A stretch of 61,437 bases of DNA, filler included, from Sphacelaria rigidula (taxonomy: Eukaryota): the NCBI GenBank assembly GCA_964200075.2. It is 10 parts of 10 records of this genome, joined end to end, with 100 filler letters (N's around TTAATTAATTAA, not from the genome) between each part and the next. Parts side by side here need not be neighbours in the genome. Positions count along the whole stretch, not along the records: positions 49,232 to 55,284 come from CAXNAA020022546.1; positions 55,385 to 61,437 come from CAXNAA020022547.1; 8 more parts are not named here. The stretch is one strand, 5' to 3'. A program made the position numbers and the translations under genes. Under the pieces are notes generated by a model. It made no database searches. It saw only the letters and a list, made by a program, of their open reading frames with translations, and was not told where the DNA came from. Position 1 is the first letter of the stretch. Every line of letters starts with the position of its first letter. Below, in pieces: positions 49,798 through 61,253 of this stretch.

Positions 49798-50804
49798 TTT
49801 GGAGCAGCATTTTGTAGGCCGTTTCTTGGCCCACGTTTGTTGTTTGTGGGTTGAAACTTTGTGCGGGACCTCGCTAGGTCATGATGAACCAAGAAAAATG
49901 GGCGAGGTTGGTTTTATTTCTATTTTTCACTGATTGAGGGTGTTTTAGTATGGTAACGACCATCTCTTCACGAGAACGCCCGAACCTCTCATGAAATATA
50001 AAAAGGAAGGCCCACTTTTATTCACTCAGCATACCTCTGTCGTTCTCCGTGTCGAATTTCAAATCATAGTTCTAAACTCGAGCTGAAAAATTGAGATAAG
50101 GCCCAAGAGGAATGTCCATTTCTACTCAAACCTCCCCTAAATACACGAAAATATATGAAAAAAACGGAAAAAAGAACGAAAAGGCTAAGTTTTTATTTCA
50201 TTATGAACTAGCGATTCTCCGTACCAAATATCATAGCTCAAATCTCAAAAGCTGAGACGCGATATCCAGATTTAGGTCATCTAGTGTCTCTGGTTGTAAT
50301 ATACTGATTGTAATATGGAAATTTATGCGCGCTATATCTCCAAGAGATAACGAATAAGGTGAAGGTGAGGGTATATATCGTCTCCCCTTGCTTCAGATAA
50401 TGTAATTTTTATCCACGCTGGCATATTATGTTCCACCAAATGCGGGTCTTGCAAAAACCACTGCTACCTTTCCCGAATTTTCAACAGATTCATGTCGTAT
50501 GCTGTGGAGTCGAGTTTACGACAGGATGTTGTTCCCACGAATGATAAAAGAGACTCGAACGTAGCATACACAACCCTACCACCTGCCGTGCAACCGCAGC
50601 ATACACATGTGGCGGTATAGGCAATACCGCAAGTAGTAAAACCGTATACGCCGAACGGAAGCAAGCCACACCTTTGCTAGGTGTCTTCAAGCGATCCTGG
50701 ATTGACTTGCTACCCTCTAACTGTTGTTTCAATCTCTCAATCCAATAGCCCAGCTGTCAAAGGAGAAAACCACACAGCCTCAAAGCCAGGAAACAACTAA
50801 TAAT

Positions 50805-51272
50805 TGTGGATGACGGTAGAAGTACAGCACAGCTTAGACTCACGTCAATACCGTGGCTCGCGACCGTGGAGGCGGAGAGACCGAGGATGGTAGGTGATGG
50901 GAAAAAAGCTCTCCTTTATCCAATAGGCGCTTGTAGGCTGTGGTCGGTGTGTTCGAGTGAAGACAGGTGGGTAGAACAGCTGGGGGCAGCTGTTCTATCG
51001 GTACGTCCGTGTGGCCCGCTTATAACCTCATCATGATACAAAATCACCGTGACGTGCTGTGCCTTTTGCCAAACAACGCTGTAGTAGCGACAGGTACACG
51101 CGGCTAATCGGGTACAATCCGGTATCCACCTTCAAGCCGCTGTGTCAACAATACAAATCCTCCCTTACCACAACAAATATTCGACTAGAATGTTTCCATA
51201 CCCGTCGGTCGTTTCTGGGGATCCGCAAATCCCAAACTACTTTTAATTCAGACACAGTCATTTACCGTCACA
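50805..51272 (-). repeat. Predicted 3' LTR (468 bp) of the chromodomain-bearing gypsy element
   Basis: The minus strand begins TGTGACGGTA and ends TACCGTCATCCACA (imperfect terminal inverted repeat). It is preceded by purine-rich AGGGTGGG and has TATAAG at 51024-51019. No second LTR is present on the contig to confirm it. Confidence 0.55.
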
Positions 51273-53876
51273 TTAGCCCACCCTGGATCGTTCAAGTGCA
51301 GTCACTTTTCAGAAGGGACGAACTTGGATCGAGCCACACCTCTCCCACACCACAGAAAATTGAGACTCCATGTGAAGATCGAGTCCGCTTTGGTACGGAG
51401 AACGGGAAGGGGCGATCAACACAAAAAAACAAGAAACACAAGCACAAGCATAAAGCAAAGAGAAAAAAAACCGAACCGATACAATGGTTCGGTGTCCTCA
51501 TGTTCCGTGAGTTCTTCAGACGGGGTCATGGGAAATAAAAATATATTGAAAAAAAAATAAGACCCAAATCAACAATGAAACCATATCCATAAAAGGCGGT
51601 GTCTCCAGAATGTCGTAAGCATTTCCATGAAAGACACAGGAAATCAGAGACCAATCATTGGAACGATTATCCTACCCTGCCATAACTATATCATGAATAA
51701 ATAGTTCGCTCTTTTCCGAATGTCCGATTTGTTTTTGGTCATTGGTAGGAAAACAAGCAAGCCCGCCAAGGCATTATATCACTTCGATAACCAAGTTCAT
51801 GCTAATCACTCGTGCCAGTCAATCAGCAAAAGCAAACAACGTAGAGCCGAGTTCGTCGCGGAAATGGTAGTTTCCCGCGAAAACCATACGTTGATAAAAA
51901 GAAACCTAAATAGGATGATACGGACAAATCAACCCGTTTGACGTGAGTTAATTGTCGGTACATGTTTGGGAGAACAACGACCTGCTTGGGACGTTGGACG
52001 TCTGGTTGATCATCCAGTCGTACAGCATTTTTTTTTCTCACTCGACGATACGAAAACATTTGACCGGTTTGTGAGGTCAGGTGTCTGTACACGTCAAAAG
52101 AAATGTGGTGGAGAGTACACGACCTTCGGGCCTACTTCGTAGTCCGGAGGCGGATCACCTAACACATTTCTTAACCACGACAAATACACTGGACAGAGAG
52201 GACCGACGCAGCCCGCTCCTCACAGTATTTGCCCGTTCGGACTAAAACGAGACTGGCCGAACACAAACTGGAGTAAAACCCACAGTCAGTCGTACCGTCA
52301 CGTTACTTCGTCCAATAATCCCTGATGAAAACAAAACACCACCGACCAATTTCAGGGGCGGGTGATTGTACGCAAAAACTGGCAAAAGTGACAGAAAAAA
52401 TAGCGAGTGGCGGACTCTGAGCCTGTAGGCTGTACCAAAGGTCGAATATCGACATGGCGGAACGGACAGTTCCACAAGAGCGATCTACCTCATCATGATA
52501 CGAGATGGTCCTGTATGAGGAGACGTTTGCAACCGATCTTACCGCGACTTCAATTACAATTCTTCAACACCGCTATGTACGACGCGGCCAGTGGTAGCCT
52601 CGTTGTAAGTTATCAATCACCAAAGTATAGATCATCGCGTCGCATTACCCGTGACCCTCTCATGAAAGAGGTCGGTCACATGCGGCAGGACTCGCAAAAA
52701 AAAGTAGGCCAAGTGTTCTAGACTCGAGGGTCAGGAACATCGGAACACTCGTGGCGAAATTCCCGACATAGACGCAGAAACCGAAACAAAAAACAAAACA
52801 AAACAAGGGGCACGCTGGGCAACAGCGAAAACGAAAATGCGCAACACAAGGCAGAAAAACAACACGTGGCAACCGTCCTTGTGAACGGGAGCGGTCATCG
52901 TGTGTGTACGAAGCAAGCAGGGTCAAAAGTTCCAGCCAAGAAGGTCAAAACATGTCAGGCAAACCCATGTTAATATAAAACTCAACGTAGGCGCACACAA
53001 AAATGGAACACGTCACGACCGATCCCGAAGTGAGAGGGGGTATGTGTGTACGGAGCGGTTGGGCAAGAGCGCAATTTTACCACACGGGGAGGTCGGGTAT
53101 GTGCAGCGCTTGTTCCTAAAAATCTCAACCGAAAAGACAAAAACAAAAAATAAGGAAATACCGACAGCATATGACACAAACAGGCACGTCATGACCGGTC
53201 CCGAAGAGGGAGGCGGCATTCGCGTGGGGAGCGATTGAACAAGAGCGCACGTATTCCAGACGTAGGCGTCACGTATGGCTAGCGCTTGCTCCGTTAAGTC
53301 TTCCATAAAGAAAATGCAAATTTACAAATGAAGACCAGGTAATAAGAAGGCAAAACAAGGTTTACGTACAACGAAAAGAAAATGAAGACATAAAGAACTC
53401 GTGGCAACTGTTCCGGTGGACGAAATGGTTGTGGATGTACGGCGCGGAGGACGGAGGTTCAAGGTTCCAGACTCGGGGTCAGGAATAGAACGTTCGTCAC
53501 TTGTACTTAGCCAGATGAACCCAGAAGTACCCAAGAAAAGTACCCCTTGAACACAAACAATCGAGCACAAAGCACGAGGCTAAAAGAAAAGAAGACAAAA
53601 GCAAAACAAAAAAAACACAACAACAAGTCAAGACAATTGGCTCAAAGGCAAAGAAAATCAAACCAAAAAACCAGGGTCCAACGCAACAAAGAACAAAATA
53701 CAACACAAAAAACAAATACAAAAAAACGAAAGATGATATACCAATTACGAAACACTACAATCAGGAGGGGAAGATGGGGGAACACATCGTTTTCCAACGA
53801 CGCTACAGTGCAAGACAAGCGACTCGAACGCGGTACACTACCCAAGGTGAATGGGGAAGCAGACTCGGATACGGCA

Positions 53877-55284
53877 TCATGAGTCATCTGCATCCCAAGC
53901 GGTGTCCGTGTTCCGTAGAACGGCTGTTTCGACTTCGCCTTGGGCGTGTCGTTGGAGGCACCAGGATCCCCTCCGAGCGGTCGGCTCCTCGGTGTAATAC
54001 CCATCATCCAAGCGAATCCGGAGGGGGCTCGGGTCATCGAGGAAACGGATAAAGTAGGAGTGGTCCGACGCGGGATCGATCAAATGAATGTTTCCCAACC
54101 ACCACAGTGAATTCAAGGCATTATACCAAAAATACGTCCCTTTCGGCAATCGTTTTCCCTGAATACACTGCAGGTATTGTGAACGCGAAACAAGACTATA
54201 GCCTGTCACAACATACCGCGCTGAATGTTCACGTGCCAGTTCCCGAGCGGCAGCTCCCTTGCGCATCGACCGATATCTCTTATTCAACGGGCGGTGTTGG
54301 ACGGTATCTCCTACACAGTACAGCAATATTTCCCGACGAAAATGACGCAAATCAACTTCACGCTCCCATGTAACAGGCATGATACCCTTCCAATGTGTTT
54401 GATACATTACCGCTATCTTACCTCCACGACCGCGAACCAGTTGATGGCCCGAAATCCTATTTACCTCAACGCGTTCCAGGGGTGCGTCCGCATCCTCGAC
54501 CGTCATCTGATGCGGCGGAGGTTCGATCGAATACTTGGTCAACACATACTGGCTAAGCCCTACCGGCGGTTGTTTGGGCATGTCAGAGGAGTCATGACGG
54601 GGGATACACGGTTTGCCTCGTAGCATCGAGACGCGACTTTTCGGTTTCAAACCAGGTTCATCCGTGGGAAAATCTAAATACAAAAATTTCGCTCCCACCG
54701 GACTCTTGTCGGGTGCGGTAGCGCTTGGATCAACAGCTGAAACTTCCCAAGGACCGGTCCAATTCAAGGATAGTTTCGCCTTCAACACCTTGTCCAAAGA
54801 TGATGATTTCGAGCTAGCCCCTTGATTAATGGTCTTCACATCGTTGTATACCCATGCCCATTGGCCTACCTTCCACACCGGGCAGCTACGCACCACATCA
54901 TTCAACATCGAGTTTGCCCTGGCCACCGTGGCCAAATTGATTTGGATCTGTTCTCGTACCACTTCATATGCAAGACGAAGACGATTGCTAACCGACAAAT
55001 GATACTCTGCAACATCACGATGCAGACTCTGATGTCCAAATGTATTTTTGCGTTCGAATGCCGTTGAAGGTAACCTAGGCATGCGTCCAATATGAATTCC
55101 ATTCGGCGACAATCCCGTAACGGCATTGACTGAATTGTTGTAGTTCATCTGGACAAGGGGGAGGTGCAGATCCCAGTCCATCTGTCTCTCATTCGCTACA
55201 GCAGCAAGCATCTGTGCCATCGTATGGTTCACTCGTTCCGTTCCACCATTGGTGGAAGGGTGATATGAACAAGGAAGAATGTGA
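53877..55284 (-). mobile_element. Ty3/gypsy integrase C-terminal half with GPY/F-like motif, chromodomain-like module and an additional C-terminal domain
   Basis: YHPSTNGGTERVNHTMAQML, WDLHLP...YNNSVNAVTGLSP, KLSLNWTGPWEV, then VNRISGHQLVRG...MYQTHWKG...TWEREVDL (chromodomain-like). The ORF is open for more than 450 aa. Confidence 0.9.
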
Positions 55285-55803
55285 NNNNNNNNNNNNNNNN
55301 NNNNNNNNNNNNNNNNNNNNNNNNNNNNTTAATTAATTAANNNNNNNNNNNNNNNNNNNNNNNNNNNNNNNNNNNNNNNNNNNNCAATGGTCTTATGACT
55401 ATGGCAAGCATGATCATGAGTACACCCCCCCCCCAGGAAACCGCGTTCGCCCTCCTACTACTAGGATCGCATGCATCACTGACGCTTGTTTGGTATGCTC
55501 TCTCCGTTGAATTCAACGCAGGAACTTACCTCTCGGGTCTCATTAGTGTTCCCATGGCCTTCGTTTGCCATGACCATCCAATTATGCTAGAACATGTGGG
55601 GGGCACTTGAGCGGATATTTGGTGGATGCTGGGAAAGCGTTCGACCTTTGGTGTCTGACAGGGTGAATGGAGGATGTTGATCGGCAGTGTGATTCCTCGA
55701 CGTTGACCTAAATATGACGATATGGTGACGGTCGCTTGTGCTGCCCAGGTCGCAAGTGTCATTCTGCGATCGTCTGTTGCTTCTCATCCGGTTGCCCGCG
55801 CAG

Positions 55804-55971
55804 GGAGGTACCGAGGAGGCAGATGTTTTTGAAGCAGCCGTAACGGGACCAGATGGGTCGGTCATTTTCGCTGGCTGGACCTCGGGTGACTGGAATAGAA
55901 CAAACATCGGTGCCGCAGACTTCGCGGCTGCGAAGTTTGACACAGAAGGGAATCTTTTGTGGAAATGGCAG
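55804..55971 (+). CDS. Beta-propeller-repeat protein, repeat exon (56 aa)
   Basis: CAG acceptor, GTGGG donor, 168 nt, phase 0-0. Encodes GGTEEADVFEAAVTGPDGSVIFAGWTSGDWNRTNIGAADFAAAKFDTEGNLLWKWQ. Confidence 0.88.
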
Positions 55972-56481
55972 GTGGGGTGAGACGGCACGTGTCTCTTTCG
56001 TGGGGTAATTTCAGCAAACTTCAGTCTTTTTACCGTAGAGCAGGGGAACGTGCGATCATGACATGCTCGTGGCAGCGTCAATATCCAGTGCAGCGGGAAG
56101 CGATGTCTTGTTCGCTTGTCTCCTTGTTTCCTAGTCCAGTTTGTCGTGCTCGGTCGGCTAGCCCGCCGGAACTGTGGGCTGACGAAGTGAACCGCACAGT
56201 TTTAATAATGCAGTGCTACATGTGAAGAAAGGGCGCCGACGCCAGAGTGTTGCTATCAGACCTGGCGTCCCACTAGCACTAATTGCTCCCGTTCACGGGC
56301 GGCTGGCCGCTGAGAAAGTTGTGTCATCATCAATACCTTCGAGAAGAGGTCGCTGATGGCGCACTGCGCAGGTTGGGTTTACTCTGAACCGTCCATCCTA
56401 TTGAAGGCACCTCAAAGGTGTTGTAGATGATTAATCGTACAACGCGGGTCCATCGCGTGTCCCTTTTTGTGCATCCATCAG

Positions 56482-56649
56482 GACGGGACAGCAGCGCAGG
56501 ATTACTTGTACGCAGCTTCAGCGCTAGAAAATGGCTCTGTACTGCTAGTCGGGAGCACGGGGGGTAAATGGGACGGTCTTAACGCTGGCGGTAGCGACTT
56601 TGCCGCGGTGACTCTGGATGCTGACGGCACTGAACTCTGGCGTTGGCAG
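56482..56649 (+). CDS. Beta-propeller-repeat protein, repeat exon (56 aa)
   Basis: CAG acceptor, GTGGG donor, 168 nt, phase 0-0. Encodes DGTAAQDYLYAASALENGSVLLVGSTGGKWDGLNAGGSDFAAVTLDADGTELWRWQ. Confidence 0.88.
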
Positions 56650-57210
56650 GTGGGCTACCGGTGCTCACCACAACAGTCAGGACCCCCTCATCTTTCACGA
56701 AAATGCGTTGCTGCCCACACGGCTTCCCTGTCCTGCGACACGTGTAAGCGCGTAATGTTTCTGGGGAATCTCACATCCTCTCGCAGCATGGTGAAGGATA
56801 CGTTGGGTAGAAGCACGAAGATCTAAAGTGGGGCATATCCTAGTGACAGGATTGCTGAAACACACCTGCTTGTACTGCACCGTGCAAGGCTCATGTGGAG
56901 GAAGGTCGTATGGTAGTTTATTTTGTTCCACCTCTTCCCTTGACGTGCGCTGGATTGTTTGTGTGCAGCAGCCTAGGGCAGTTAGGGCTAGTTGTTTTTC
57001 GGGGCCGCACCACGGGGGTTATGTTCTCTCCTAGGCCATGGCAGACAGGCGTGGGGTTCACACCGCAGGCAACGGCCGGTGCAGATACTAATAGCTGCGG
57101 TAGGAAACGAGGTTGCTTCGGGTGTACATCAACGTATCAACGACGCTGTGACTCGTTCACCACAAAATATGATATTTCCCGTTTCAAACACCTTGCCCGC
57201 CTATTCGCAG

Positions 57211-57495
57211 AACGGCTCGGGGAACGCCGACGTGCTCAACGCAGCCACAGCGGGATCCGACGGAGCAATGATCTTGGCAGGATCTACACTCGGACTCTGG
57301 GATGGTGCAAGCGCGGGAGGCGTTGCTTCCGATTTTGCTGCTGTCATGCTAAACGTTAGCGACATTGCCACACCCGCACCCTCGCCAATTCCGGTCGACA
57401 CAACGTCGTCTGCTGGAAGGACGAGCCCAGCACTGCTCATTTGGGGAGTTTCCTCAGTACTAGTAGCTCTTCTCTTCTCTACGGGAAAACACTAA
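57211..57495 (+). CDS. Beta-propeller-repeat protein, last repeat + Pro/Ser/Thr stalk + transmembrane segment
   Basis: CAG acceptor in phase 0. Encodes NGSGNADVLNAATAGSDGAMILAGSTLGLWDGASAGGVASDFAAVML, then TPAPSPIPVDTTSS and LLIWGVSSVLVALLF, with a stop at 57493-57495 (3' end uncertain). Confidence 0.8.
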   Translation, partial: NGSGNADVLNAATAGSDGAMILAGSTLGLWDGASAGGVASDFAAVMLNVSDIATPAPSPIPVDTTSSAGRTSPALLIWGVSSVLVALLFSTGKH

Positions 57496-60400
57496 ATAGA
57501 ATACTTTCCTTCAGAAGTCGCAAGTTGCCTCCTCAGGTTGCTTTATTGACTGTTCGTGTGGATAGCATATGGTATGGTTGTCACATAGCTTTTACGGTCC
57601 CGGCGTGATCCACCCGCGACGTTCAGCGGCGCTCACTTTATGGTCTTGTGTTCTGCCATCTCACACCCCACTAGCCGCCAGATTTTCTTTCAGTTCCTTT
57701 CAAGACTGCTACCACGAGCAGGCTTTTCTTTACTCGTCGTGTTGGAACACCAACGATTGGGTGCTAGAAGCGACGTTCGCAAACTCACGTGCGCGCTTCC
57801 AGCAATTCACCCTTTTGGGAGGACGGCCGGTGCTTCATGGTTCGCAGCCTGCCTATTATTGAGTTTCGGGTTAGTATTATTATCATCTTGACCACGATCA
57901 AAGACTGCCTGTAACAAGTCGGCAGACGCGGCGGGGTGTAGCATACGCCAATGTAACGTACATGGATATGGGGGGGTGATGAGATCACGCGTAGTTTCAC
58001 AGCTTGGACATGTGACCCATAGTTGCAACAGCCCTATACTTTTTTTCTGTTGCAGCTGTTGACCACATAACGTCCAGGGTGAGGGTAATTTACACGGCCT
58101 GATTTTACGCTACTTGTGCTCGATTAAAGCAAAATCAAGAGGAGATCTGACCAGGGGGTCAACGGCAGAAGAATGTAAGCAGGCCTGGTGGACAAAATGC
58201 ACAGAAATGTCGAGGGAAAGAAACGTTGGTTCTTTGTTCCCCGGGTTGTAAAGATGATTTTTTTCGCGCCTAAGTTTGTTGAGGGTACGGAGGCGGGGTT
58301 GTATTTTTGGCGTCCCCGAGTTCGTTTGCTCCACCACCACCTCATGGTGGGGAACGAGTAAGGCGATTGATACCACTAGTGCAGGTGATGACGTCTCACC
58401 CGCAAGTGGAATATAGGTGGAACCGCTTCATGGTGTGCTACCCTGCCTGTCTTCTGATGTTCTTGAGTGAAGTGTGGCAGTTCCCAACACTTTCTCCAGT
58501 AGATTTGTATCGGGCGAACGGCTCATCGGACATTTTCGGTCATGTTTGAGCGCAGTGAAGCATCGAGGTCGAGGAGGGTGGGTCGCATCTCGGCAACACC
58601 AGGTCGGGAAATGTTTGGTATGTGGTGGTTTACTTCCTGTTCGTCTGCTTACTTATTACCTGATTTGTCTGCCGCAAGAAGATATGACTGTTTGATCGAG
58701 TCGGAACATGCACACAATGAACGGGTTCGGGTATCCCGCTCACCATGTATTGTTACGGGATTCGCCTTTCGGGGGATGACACTCATTTGTTCGATCACGG
58801 GTCCTTGGAAAACTTATTGTGTGCGTGTGTTATTCGGGTAGCAGTGCAGTTACTGACCAATGCTGTTCTATCGTGTAATCTACGGTCCTGACTGTATTGC
58901 TGGTCCTAGCTATCGTGTGAAGAACTTCAGCTGGGGCCGCGTTGAAACGTTGTGTTGAAGCTTTGTTGCAGTAGCGATGTTGTTGGGTGTTTTTGTTGTC
59001 ATATACGCAGTGGTGCAATCTCCTGGAAGAGGGAAAAGGGCTGTATAATGTCGCTGGTCACTGTGTAACACGGCGTGGAGCTGCTCAATGTACATGACCT
59101 ACTGTTGTTATTGTATTGCCACCCGTATCGACGATATCGCTGTACATCACAACGATGTCTTCGAAGATTGAGAGTGAAAAGCGGTCACTTAGTGAATGAA
59201 TAGTTTCAGTTCCGAAATGCCCCTCCACGAGGCCCGATATTCTTTCTGTACTAGCTTGCCATTGAGGCCCTTGATATCCCCTAGTAGGGTGTCGACGTGT
59301 AGCTGTAGCACGCGGCAGTGATGGAGGCAAAAAAAAAGCACACACGGAATGAAAAATTGGCAAAGATCAAGCGAATAATCAAAGCCACTTTCATTCTGTG
59401 CTCTACTCTCAATCTCACGCAAATGCCATCAGCTGCCTTCTTCGCCACGATACTAGATTCGCCGAAAAGCACGTCTACGGTACCTCCAAGCCTAGATCGA
59501 ACTCGTCGTTACGTTGATGCTGACTTCGCTCGTCGTGCTCAGCACTCCGCGGGCGAAAGCATCGCTGGCCGTGGTAATACATCCGTGTGGTTTCATCGAC
59601 GGGTCGGACGAGTAATCGCTGGTTCGGATAACCAAACCTACGAATTCTCAGACCTGATTGCTCGAAAGAGGAGGAATTCGACAGTGGGTCTGAAACGTCT
59701 GTACGCAAATTCTTGCTCTGTCCCACGTGCCCGGGTGCGCAAACCTGGTGTGCTACGCAGAAAATCAACGCCCAACGATTGATTTGTGCGGATTTGTGCA
59801 GGACCGATCAATTACGCTAGAAGCGAATGGTTTTTAGACGAATCGTTAAATTCGTCCGACCCATGCTTTGTTGCTTTCACTTGGTGTCGATCAACTTACT
59901 CGAACGCATTCCTCATCTGGATGAAACTGCGGGCGTTAGTATCGTACTTCCTCTGTCCCATAAGTCTGCGCAGACTGCTGCCGAGATAGCCCGCCCCCCC
60001 CGAACCGGCCAAAAAAGTGCACGGAGGCGATGATCATAAATGCCGTTAGAGCTGGTTTCGTGCTGCACGATACGACTCATTCGGGCGTTAACGCTGATTT
60101 CGGACTGCTACGCGCCCCTCATACGGGCAAAATTGGTGCAAACGAGCCTAATAGCGGGATCGCAGCCGGCTTGTCGGACGGTCTCCGGTGCACTTTTTGT
60201 GGGGAGGCCATCTCGGCATTAGTCCGCAGTTATGTTTATACGAACCCTTAACGGTGTCTGATTCGATTTTCGATTTTTTTATTGCATTCGTTGGCGTTTT
60301 TTGGGCTGAAAACAACACTCCTTCTACGACGCGGGTGCTCAACGCGTGCAGTCCCGCGGTCGAGAAAAAGTAGGTCGGCCAAAAAGCGGCAATTTTTCGC

Positions 60401-60951
60401 TCTTTTTCCCAGTAAGCATAGGGGATCCGGGAACACGAAAAATCGCGAAAAAACGTGAAAAAAGCGTGAAAATCGCAAAAGAATCAGTGGTTTTGGGTAT
60501 CTCCGTGACGTTCACCTACGCACGCCCCATCAAATATATTTTCAGCATGTAATCTCTAGTGTTTGACGTAGAAACATCCAAAATTGGTCAGTATTGGGGT
60601 ATACGTGGACCAAAAATGGGCCAAGAGGGGCATATTTGGACATCCTTTTAGTATAGACGAACAACTTTTTTATTGTATTTTTCTGCGTCAGCTTCGTTGG
60701 CGTTTCATCTTTCAAACGAAACCGGCTGAAGGATGATCGAGTATGTTTGAATGCGCGAACAATTAAAAGCCCATAGATGCGTAGACTTATGCGACAGAGG
60801 AAAACGATAAACGACTTGGAGCCTCTAAGTGAGCCACTTGGATTGAAACATGATGAGTTAATGTGTCCTCACAAACTTCGATTCCACGTGCGACGAGGGA
60901 AGGGGACTGCTGAACCCCTCGTGATGAAAATAAGGGAAGCAACGGAAGGTG

Positions 60952-61253
60952 GTGTGTGTGTTTGTGTGAGTGTATTGTCATCCCATCTATTCTGGAGGCC
61001 AGTCTACACCTTTCGATATATGTGGGCGCACCAGCCGGGGTCACACAGGAGAAAGGCCATCGCAGGAGTTTTCCCTTGTTCATCTGTTTAAGTTCTCCAC
61101 CTTACTTGTTCATCTGTCCCCACGACCGAGTCGCTCTCCACTGCTGGGCATTGTGGAAAGAAAACCCCAGATTGCGTGGCTGCACCGCGCTTCGAACCCG
61201 CGATCCAACCGTCAAAAGGTTTCGAGGTTACCAACTGAGCCACCGGAGCGACC
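60952..61253 (-). mobile_element. SINE family B copy, abutting a plus-strand family B internal fragment at about 60865-60950
   Basis: Minus-strand head GTGGCTCAGTTGGTAACCTCGAAACC...GGTTCGAAGC, and tail CCCATCTATTCTGGA plus (TG)n on the + strand. Confidence 0.8.

Noticed and set aside
51939..52115. Plus-strand mini-LTR (TG...CA) followed by a tRNA-Ala-like PBS TGGTGGAGA
   Set aside because: The TGG motif is 9 nt from the CA, the orientation opposes the integrase and no second copy exists. The pattern is better explained as part of the hairpin cluster.
52320..52360. CTGATGA suggesting a hammerhead ribozyme core
   Set aside because: No stem II followed by GAAA with matching stems I/III could be built around it.
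33121..57495. Apparent immune/signalling cluster (kinase, ankyrin, LRR, propeller receptor)
   Set aside because: The genes lie on four different, artificially joined contigs.
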